Under the pieces are notes generated by a model. It searched no databases. It worked only from the letters and a program-made list of their open reading frames with translations, and was not told where the DNA came from. A stretch of 64,000 nucleotides of DNA from Paragordius varius (taxonomy: Eukaryota > Animalia > Nematomorpha): NCBI GenBank assembly GCA_964247055.1, contig OZ176055.1, positions 8,184,001 to 8,248,000 on the forward strand, written 5' to 3'. This document shows positions 50,644-61,600 of the stretch, piece after piece; position 1 is the first letter of the stretch, and each line of letters begins with the position of its first letter. The translations under genes and the position numbers were made by a program.

Positions 50644-53600
50644 TCACATTGTTAATGGTTTTAGATATTTGGCATAATATTCGTAAACTGTATTTTCTGT
50701 AAGGGAGTTACAACTATCCTGATATTTTAACATATCACTCTCATTTATATTGGTATTTAGAATGACTAGTTTGTCCGTATTTTTAGTTAAAGTTTCATCA
50801 TCATTAACGTCCCAACTTTTAAACCTATAAAATATTGGTAATTTTAACAAAAGATTACTTAAAATCGCCTTGTTCAAAATTCATATCCAAAGTCATGAGA
50901 GAAGCGTTTACATATTGAATATATGTTTCCATTTCATCATTGTTAACGTAAAACTCTTTCATCTAACAATATAGTGTTTAAAAATATTAGACATATAGAA
51001 TAATTTCAGTTTCGTAATGGAAAATTTTTATATTTTTCTCTTAGAGACGATATATACAATAAAAATGGTACATATTACTACAATGGTTATAAACCAACCA
51101 TCAAACCTAAAAGATTTTAATTTAATTAAAATTTATGATTATTCAATAATGTTATAGATTTAGTACCCTTCCTAATATAAAATAAAACATTATAAAGTTA
51201 AAAACTGATATTCCACCAAATAATTGCTTTTATTCTACACATATGGTTAATGCAATACACGGATTTATTTATCAAAAAATAATGCTTAAAAAAACAAGCA
51301 ATAAACGCTAAATGTCTCTCATCTTAAATTAATGATCACAGTATTTTTCTAGAAAAATACAAAACAAGTTAAATTAATGTTATAAAATCAAAAGTTGTAA
51401 CAAAAATTCCGCAGTTTTTATTGACATCAAAGTTTTTTATTACAATTTCTAGTACCGCATCATTGGATGGTGTTAAATGTAAAGTTCTTTGCAAAGGTTC
51501 AAAACTTTCGTCTTTATCTTCTTTAAACTCTTGTTTGTGACTACAAAATGGGGAGTTTATGGATGCATTTGGTGGGGTATAATCGCTAAATATTTTACAA
51601 ATTATCAATATTTTTGGGTCAAAGTAATGCATATTTACCATTAAGTAATTGAAATTATAGAGACAAAACATAAAACTTAAAGATGAATATTTTTATTTAA
51701 TAAAAAACGGTCATATTTGTAAAACTTGATTTTTTATATACAACTTATCGTCTTGGGATGCAAAATACGGAATAGAGATCAAAAAAGTATGCCTGCCTTT
51801 CGAAAAAACCATTTAATTTTTACGTTTTGCCTGTATATTTTCAATTTTTACTGTTAAATTGAAAAATATGTCATATCATTTAAAAATACCGCTCTGTGTT
51901 AATTGCATTGATGGAAAATAGGTTATGGAAACTAAAATATTCATAGGGTTTGTAATAATTATAATATTCATCTAAGGCCGGATTATTGTAATACGATTGC
52001 CCAACAACCAATTCGTTTTCCTCATTATTTTTGTCATCGGCTATTTTATTTTGCAGTAAAAACATAAAAGAGTAAAAAATAAAATTTTATTAATAAAAAG
52101 TAAAAACTAAAAGATAAATATTTCCTAATTAAGAGTCATAAAAATTATTTTTGGGGTGGCAAAGTAAATATTTATTATATAATTTATTACAATATAAGCA
52201 AAAATCTATAAAAAACAAGGTTTAAAAAAGTATAAATGCCTTAAAAATATAAATGCCTTTTAGTTTTACGTTTTGTCGTTATAATTTGAAATTTTTACTG
52301 TATTTATATAAAAATTTGTCAACTAAAAAAGCGAAATAATAATGTAATTACCTGGAAAGACAACAGTAGGATAGGGCAGCGATTTTAGTGTTTCTAACTC
52401 ATACCATTTACAAATTGGCCGATTCTGGCATAAAAGTTTAATCATGAGTGAGATTCTATCACAATCTAAAAGAAAAAATAAGATAAAAAAATAAAACGAT
52501 TTATGACATTAAATATTAAATTTATTAAGACCAATCGTAAAGGCATATATTTTTAAAACATTGATTATTTATACATCATAATTTTGGGTCTTAAAAGATA
52601 TAAAAATTCGTATCACACAAATTATATATTTCAATTTGTAATAATTATAATTTTATGTAAGAAATATTAAAGTGTAAAAAAGTATGGTTCTTTAAAAATA
52701 CCAAAAATTATTGTACATAAATTTATAGTTATAAACCAATCATTGTGTTCGCATTTTTGAAATGGCCGTTTTGAAATTTAAAATATTCAGCAAATGCCAA
52801 ATTTTGTAATATCGTGTCTGACGGAATATCCCAACATCCCGGTGGATAATGTAAAGAGGGCACATATACCCCGAGTAAAATGTTGATTGAATCTTGTTTT
52901 TCGGCATCTAACAACGTAAAATATATATAATAAAGTCAAAATCGATATGATTATAATTAATATTTTAACAAAGTTGGCATATGAAAGTTATAAATGTTTT
53001 ATATAATACCCAAGACACTTAAAAAGACACAAATATGCCATTTACAAACATGAATCAATTAAAATATGGGTATTTTCTTATCACGTGTACACCACCAGTT
53101 TACAATGTTTTAAAATTAATTAGTTAGGCCAAAAATATATATCCAAAGTATAAAACTAAACTACTGAAACTAAAAAGGGAGACTAATGTTTTTATTGAAG
53201 AAATAATTTATAAAAAGTGTAAGAAACATGGAATATTAATTGTTTATTTTATGAAAATGGTTGAAAAAATAAGATTTTATATTATTTCAGACAGACATGA
53301 AAACAAACAGAAAATAAATTCTTTCACAATGGCTATTCCATATAGCTATCATATAACAACATATTTTTTCAAAAAAAAAGAAATTACCCGAAAAAGTGTT
53401 ACTATAATACCGAGAAAAAGTTTGCATCATATCTCTCGATTGATAAGTCCAGGAAGGGGATGCCTTTCGATAAGTATCAACTCTATGGACTAATTGTGAG
53501 CCACCGTATTGTAATGCTAACACATCCCCTTGTTCTTCATATAAATCCTCTAGCAAACTAAGGGTAAGAAACATATTATTATATAATCCAAAAGATAATG

Positions 53601-56600
53601 TATATTCGTCTTGGATTTTTTAATATTTAAAAAGAAAAAATTATAATTATATCGGTAAAAAGATTGAAATATATATTATAGAGGGTAAAAAAGTGAAACG
53701 CGATGGATAGATATGGTTAAAAGGATATGATAAAACTGAACTTATACGCGAAGACGCCATGGATAGGGTTCTATGGCGAGTTTACGGATATGACAGCTCG
53801 AAAGAGTGTTATACCTATATAACAACAATAAATGTGATATGTTTTCATAAGATTTCAAAACAAAAACTTAAAAACTGGAATCGGTTCTCGGGCATTTTCA
53901 AAGAAGCAGCATAGTTACATAAAAACTCTGATAGGAGTATACAACAGTAACAAATTCAATTTAAAAAACAACTTTTCAAACTGCGGGTTCCTATAAAAAA
54001 ATTGTCATAAATCCAAACCTGTATAAAAATAATAAAGATCAAACTCTCATAGTCTAAATGGTCTTAAATACTTATAAAATTTTATACTTAAAATGACCTT
54101 ATTTTTCTGCAAGAGAGTGATATATATAAATTTTAAAAATGAATACCGGACAGCATCACATTCATAAGATAGTGGAATATTTTGCGCGTCTAACAGTTTG
54201 AAAGCTAAAAGTTGCTTTTCTAGAGCACATTTTCCAATCACAAATTGAGCCGTATTCGTACGATCCAAACAATCTATGCAATTTGTCCTAAAATTTGAGT
54301 AAGAATGAATTTATACAGACAAATCGTAAAAACTAAAGGAAAATCTATTTTTTAAAAAAATCTACACAATCATACTTTACATCTTAATTTTTCCTTTATA
54401 AACTAAAAATAAATATATAATTTGCTGTTTTTTTATCAATTCATTTCTCTTTTGTTTATACAAATTATGAATTAGATATAGAAAAGTTAACAAAACTCAC
54501 GTTAAATTCAATTTTTACTGTATATAATAATAGAAACATAAAATACCTTATAACGCCAGTTTGATAATAATCAATGGCTATATCGGTACATTTCATAAGC
54601 GAAGTTTTAACAATCAAATTATTACAAATTTCTTCCAACTCTTTAATCACGTCAGTGGTTTTACTGGAAAAATATAAAGCATACAATAAATTTGGATATA
54701 TTTTCAAAACAATTGTTTTATAAACTAATTATACTTTTTATTTAACTTGGCTAAATCTAAGGCATGATATACGATTTTGTGAGGCTCTGATAAAAATTGA
54801 TTCAAAAAATCAATGTTTTCAATGTAATCAGTAGTCAGTAAAGCTTCGCCCTTTTTCGTTTCACGATCCTATTTTGCATTCAAAATATGCATTTTAAAAA
54901 AGTAAAAAAAAATTATTTTGAAAAAAAAGTTATTTTATAGTTAACTTTTGCCAAATTAAGTACGACAATAGGTGCTCCATATCGTTCCAACAAGCGTTTA
55001 AAGTGTATCCCAATAGCCATACAAAATGGATCATTGTTAGTTATTTGAATGGGTGGTTTAGGTACCATTTTGGAAATTTCCTAATCCAAATTTTAAATTT
55101 TTTATATTTTTTGTGAAGATATTCAGATAGAAAAAATCGGTTTTTTAACAAATTTATTAAAAAAATTGGGTACAATCCCATTGTATTTGAATCACAAATA
55201 TTTAATGTATATTTTTAAAAAAAATTTAACAATGTATAAAAATAAACAATAAACAGTTTTTGGTTTAAATCCCTTGAATTTTATTAAATACTATAAAAGA
55301 AAAACTTGTGTCCAAAATATTGGTATAGATCCGCGCATTTGGACATAGGCCGAAAACGTGTATTGAATTGATAAATCTTGCAAAATTTGTTCAGTTTCAA
55401 CACAATTTGCAGTGAAACCACCTAATTGAGATATGCCGCGTTTCAGGTATCGGGTCCCTGCAAAAAAACTAGATCCTAACGAAAAAAGCATATTATGTAT
55501 TAGTACTTAATAACATATAAATGTTTTATGGAGATTACATCTAAAGATTTCTGTTCCAGAGGTAAAAACTGTCAAATACTCTTCTAAAAGTTATGTTTTG
55601 CCAAAATAATTATAAAACATTGAACTAATATAAAAAATAAAAAAATTTATTATTATTGTTTGTTTGTTTGTTTAAAGAAGATCAGCATTAAATCTAATTA
55701 AGACATAAAGTTGCTTTATAATCATTATTTGAAAAAACATGGCTGTCACATATTTTTTTTTAAAACTCATGGGCCATGTTTCAAACGATACGATAAAAAT
55801 TCCAGAAAAATGACTATTAAAGGTTAAAAATACAATATTACGATTTTGGAAAATATCTTTTGAATAATGCACATAAAAGTCCATGCCGTCCATATTTTTT
55901 AATATAAAGTATTTTTAATATATTTATATTTAAAATAGTTCTGGGAAAAACTACCTAAAAAGGTGTTTATAACTAAAATCTATTAGAAAGTTCAAACAAA
56001 AATTACTGCGAGCAATTAAGGTAAGAGCCAAATTTTGTCCATGCAGAGATATGTAGGATTGTTTTAAGTAACCATGAATTACAGGTGCAAACCAGAACAG
56101 TTTAACTTTTTTAAGATGAGGGGTAATTAAATGCCGATTCCAAACAAACTCCCAATTTGGACGAAATTTATAATATTTATTATTATCTAAATATACAGTA
56201 ATATATGAAATTATACAGACAAGTAAAAACTAATAAAATGTTTTCTATAGTACAACCAAAACCTGATTTCATATAATATAACTCATTGCTTTGTGTTAAA
56301 AAATGAGGAATAGAGATTACACTAAATTATATAACTTAAAATCAAAATTATCAAAGTGGTGGCCTTTTTAAAATATCTGTCTTAGTTTTTACGTTTTGCA
56401 TAATTTCGATTTTTTATAATTTGATAAATAAATCCAAACTAATTTACTGTTGTTTGTTGAATGATGCGGTAATTTTAGCATATTGATTTGCATGGTATTA
56501 CTTAAGTCATAGCTATAACTAAAATAAAAATTGTTGGCAAAATAAATGTTTTGAAACATTTTAAGGAACCTAAAATATAATTTATATAAAAACCTTTGTT

Positions 56601-57104
56601 CATCATTGTTGGAAAATGCTTGCATATTATTGGGCAAATAAATTATTTGTGTGCTTTCAATGCTGTACAAATTTCGCCTTCCAATAGAACCGATTTTTCC
56701 TTTTTTAGTTACGACAACCAAATAATACCCAAACAAGAACTTTATAAATCCTAAGGTTAATATGCATTATAAACCTAAAATTGCAAACGCGTTCAAAATT
56801 TTCAACTGCCTTGATGGTAGTTTCTGATTTATTTTCAGATCATTCCCAACTTGTAACATATTAATCAATTCTCCAACTTCTTTTTTATTGTAATAAACCT
56901 TAAGACATATATTTTTACGTATACTTTCTCTTCTTGAATATTCAATTCATATACCATTCGATCTATTTTCAATATTAAATATTTAGTCTCGGCATAATCA
57001 CTTCCAATAATATAAAATTTCTGGCGTAAAATTAACTGTTATACGGAAAAGGTTTCCAAGATTTGGAATTTTTGAATATCATTGTTAATTGGATTTTGTA
57101 ACAT
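50644..57104 (-). CDS. FIG4: PI(3,5)P2 5-phosphatase FIG4/SAC3, multi-exon
   Basis: [42 protein letters not shown], catalytic [16 protein letters not shown] and [12 protein letters not shown]. The first four introns are 24, 26, 24 and 24 nt. The 3' exons are less certain. Confidence 0.93.
53675..53810 (+). mobile_element. Short 3' remnant of an RTE-type LINE in a FIG4 intron
   Basis: Translates roughly as EGKK..W....[12 protein letters not shown], resembling an RTE ORF C-terminus. Confidence 0.4.
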
Positions 57105-57153
57105 CGGGGAATTACTCTAACGGATAAACCCCATGTGGTATCGCATGTGATCA
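57105..57153. promoter_or_regulatory. 49-bp spacer between the divergent FIG4 and NDUFS8 start codons (putative bidirectional promoter/5' UTR overlap)
   Basis: FIG4 ATG at 57104 (-) and NDUFS8 ATG at 57154 (+). Each strand carries a short in-frame upstream ORF. Confidence 0.7.
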
Positions 57154-57815
57154 ATGGAAAGATACCGAGGCATCTCTAAAGTTAATTTTCCTAACTTATT
57201 TAGGTTCTTTATGGTATTGTTCGAAGGTCCTCGCAGATAGCTAGTCAGTCGCATAAACAAGCAAATTATGTCTTAGTCAACAAAGATTACTTCATAGAAT
57301 TGGATGATGATCAAAGAAAATCTCTTACAGATTTAGCTAGTCGGACACTAAAATACACCTTTTTAACTGAACTAATTACTGGGATGATGGTTGCAGTCGG
57401 TCAGGTCTTTAAAGAACCTGCTACTCTTAATTACCCGTTTGAGAAGGGTCCTTTATCGCCACGTTTTAGGGGGGAACATGCTTTAAGACGGTATCCTTCC
57501 GGAGAGGAACGGTGTATAGCTTGCAAACTTTGTGAGGCTATTTGTCCGGCTCAAGCTATTACAATTGAAGCGGAAGAACGTGAAGATGGGAGTCGACGCA
57601 CGACCCGATATGACATTGATATGACTAAATGCATATATTGTGGTTTTTGTCAAGAGGCCTGTCCAGTCGATGCCATAGTTGAAGGCCCAAACTTTGAATA
57701 CAGTACGGAAACGAGGGAAGAATTGTTATACAACAAGGAGAAATTACTTTCAAATGGAGACAAATGGGAAGCCGAAATATCGAACAATATTAAAGCAGAC
57801 TATTTATATCGTTAG
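57154..57815 (+). CDS. NDUFS8: NADH:ubiquinone oxidoreductase core subunit S8 (TYKY), 212 aa; exons 57154-57180 and 57204-57815
   Basis: Two 4Fe-4S motifs ([24 protein letters not shown]) and [18 protein letters not shown] 23-nt intron after codon 9 adds a presequence-like N-terminus. Confidence 0.95.
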
Positions 57816-58623
57816 ACGACATATTCAAGATCCACATAGTTTAGTTAATATGGTGTTGTGTGTGATATAGTTAGCCTAGTTATTAATTGTAATACCATTG
57901 TCAATAAATTAGTGTCAAATATGGTTTATTAATCATTTTAAATACATCTAATCTTCAATTAGAATATTTTTTTTCATGGACAAAACTGTTAATGCTAAAA
58001 TCAACCTTTTGACTCGGAGCTACTAGGTTTTTATCGTTTAAGACTATAAACTGCTTTCGAATGCAGTTTTAGCATTAAGATAATTAAATTAAAATAATTT
58101 AATTGTGATCAAATTATCAAAGCTGCTTTTGGGTTAGGAAAAAATCATAACCGTGACTTAACCGCTTTTATGAATCACCATCAAAAGTATTTGAACATAT
58201 GTTTATCATGTGATAAAATACAAATATGAGGTAGGATAAAATTTATAATGCGAAATGAGCTTTTATCAAATTTTTATAGATGGAATTAATATTGTAAACC
58301 ACATACAGAAATTAATCCTGAACTCGTTCCAGTTTTCTAAAATAAATTTTATTGTTGGTAAACTATAAAAATTAAATAGACCATTTATATAAAACTCAAA
58401 ACGACACATTATATTTAAACTCGTTTTCAAATCATCGTTTTCTACCTATTTATAGCGACACGCTATGAGGCAGAACTGATATTTTTAAATTTGAACTATC
58501 TAAATGCGCTCGAATTATTAAATGACTGTTGGGACAAAAACGATCCCTTTTAACTGAAATAAAGTTTTGATTAAACAATTTTTTATTTATTTATTTTAAT
58601 AAAAATAAAGAGGTAAACATGCA

Positions 58624-61600
58624 TCAATGTTCCATTTTATCGGTGTCACATAGTTTGAGTAAAAGGCTTTGCCACAACGGATTACTTATTTTAGATATTA
58701 TAATTTCTTCCAATGAAGCTTTATAGTATGTTTGTATACCCTCTACAATATCATTGAAAATGGGTTCCTTTAATAAAATTAAAAATAAAACTGTTCGTTT
58801 TGAAAGTATGTAATACACAAGCAAATCTTTGTTCTCATCATTTAAGACTTTGCAAAAACGTGTAATAAAGTATCGTAATGGATTCATAAGCCATTGTACT
58901 ATGGTATATTTAATACAAAAAAGTATACCCATTATAATGATAATATCTTTAACTAGCGCGTCTCTCAATCGTTTCTGTAAAAATGTTTCGATCGTGTCCT
59001 TCTTCAAATACTGGAAAGAAATTAATTATAGCAAAACTTTTTCTAGTTCATAAAGGTCATTTTTTGATTGACCAAAACTTTGTAAAGTTAATTTTGTGAA
59101 GAGAAAATCATCAATCACAATATTAGGTTCCTATATGTATATTATCATCATATTTACCTGTGCGATCTGTCTGACGAATATTTTGGTTAAATTTTCATTG
59201 ACATTTTGATATTTTCTATCCACCTATGCATGATGATATAATTGTTGTTAAAATTGAAAATTTATTATTAAATTTGGAGCAAAAAATTATTTACCATTTC
59301 ATTGTTTTAAAACCTGAAAAATGTATAAAAATCCAAAGTTTTATACGGATATGTCATTGAAATTATGAGTTGTTGTATACAATCATTATATATCCATAAC
59401 CGCGCAGTTTCAAACAAAATTTAAAAAATAATAATTTTTAATATATTTTATTTTTCTATTTTTTATGATAATAATTATATATTATAACTTTTCTCTTGAT
59501 TACTTTTATGGATATTTATATAAAATAATTAAGCTATATGTTAATTTTAATAAAATGAAACCGAAAAAACTAGACGAAAAAATTCTTTGGATACCGAAAC
59601 AGTCCGGTTTTCTTAAAAATTTAAATTACTTAAGACTATCTTTTACATTTTTTTTTCAAATTGAAAGGATTAAACTAAGTTTGGACATGAGACAGTAGTA
59701 TAAATAGGTTCTGTTTCTTATTGATCAAAAATACCACAAATGCAGTATCGGTGAATATTACAAAATATATTTGGCCATTCATTTTTATAATTTGTAATTT
59801 AATTTATAATGTTTATTGATTGACAATATGTTGCGTTAGAAACACATTTTTATCTGGAAATTTATTATAAATATTTAATCTTTTTGGTTTTGTAATCATT
59901 AGATATGTTGAATTTATATTTGATTTCAAAACAAATATAATGATCTGACTCATGAAATTCCCCATCATTTTTTGCAAAAACTGCTCAAACCGCCGGAAAC
60001 GAAAGTTTTATCGAAAATTTTTAACCATTTCAACTTTGCATTTAATAAAATTCCAATCGCCCTCAAAACATTTTATTACATCAAAGATAATTAATTACCT
60101 TAATCATAGAGCAATAATAGCTGATAAGGTCCGTTGAAGCTTCCTGCTTTACATAATTTTCCAGAGATTGATCAAAAACTTTAGCATCAAAAAATATATT
60201 ACAAAAAATAAAGTAAATAGTTATAAATAAGAATATAGATATCTTACCATAATGAAAAGTCTCTATAATTTCACGGAATTCCTATTTATATTATATACCA
60301 TTTACACCTCGAATTCACCCAACATTTCAAATACATCCTAAAAAATTTTGGTTTTGAAAATTCAAACTACTTATATTCCTATATATTATAAAAATCAAAT
60401 TTTGTTAAGATTAACAGTGGAAAAATGATAAACTACTTTTCCACAAAGCTACATTTCTAATCAATAATGAGTTAATTTAGCCCAAAAACAGGTGTTTTTA
60501 GGGATTTGAAATGTTTAAGGGTGAATTTGAAGTGTAAATGGTAAAATATTTTTATTTCAATTTGCAAAAGTATCATACCTTGGCCGATTTAGCAAACAAT
60601 ATTTCAGTTATTATGGTTAAATAATTTTTGTTTCCCATATATGTGTGCAACATATGGATATCCAGCATTGATTTAGATAATAAAAGTAGTATATACTGAT
60701 CCCTTAAAACTAAATTTGATTTGACGATTTCATCTTTCAAAAACTGTTGTCGTAAAGTATGAATTTAGACACACATTATAATATATATTTCAAATTTTAT
60801 GTAAAATCAAACTAAAATAAGGGCTTTATAAATTTTCAAAATGGCCCGCCGTATATTTGGTTGCGACCACCTTTTATTATCAATACAGTTTTTGCCCACG
60901 ATTAGTTTCTAAGATATACAGAAAGAATAATCTATTAACCTTTTTATGATGGTTATAATATTCATATTGTAAATAATCCTTTTCCAATCTGGAATAACTG
61001 CAAAGTATACCAATCATTGTATCATCATCCCCATCTGATTAAATATTAATATATTAAATTTTTTATAAGGAAATGAAATTTTTTTTTTACTAACCATCGA
61101 TTGCTTTCTGTATATTTTTAAGCGTATCGAATAAATCTTTGTTTGTTCGCGCTATAAATTCCCTTTGATGTACGACGTTCTTGGCATTTAGATACGGTTT
61201 AAGGACATTATAACTTTTACTATATTCATAATAGAGAAATATTATAAAATTAAATTTACACTTTCCTGAATATTATTACAAACAAACTTTCATTTGTATG
61301 TTAGGCTTGGAAACTCAATTATGCTTGGGACCCTATTAGCCAGTGAAAAGGCTAAGTTCTCCAAAACAATGGTTTTTAAAATAGCAAATGATAAAAATCT
61401 GCCTATGTCTGTTCCAACCACAATTATTTTTCAAAAAATTGATTATAAAACGTTAAACAAGTATTAAGACAAAAAAATGCTCCAAAAAACCAAAGGTTTA
61501 CAAAAACAAAAGTATTTAAAATATGGTTTAAAAATATATATTAGGATATGCGCATTCTTAAATCCAATAACAATCAAAAATATACGATAATTTAATTGAG

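Noticed and set aside
55380-55420. FIG4 ANCVETEQ instead of ANEVETEQ
   Set aside because: This position varies among Sac domains and the catalytic CX5RT motif is intact.
57989-58078. TTAA-bounded 12-bp inverted repeat with an inner hairpin downstream of NDUFS8
   Set aside because: Too short and AT-rich to distinguish from chance or a MITE remnant, and it matches no known RNA motif.
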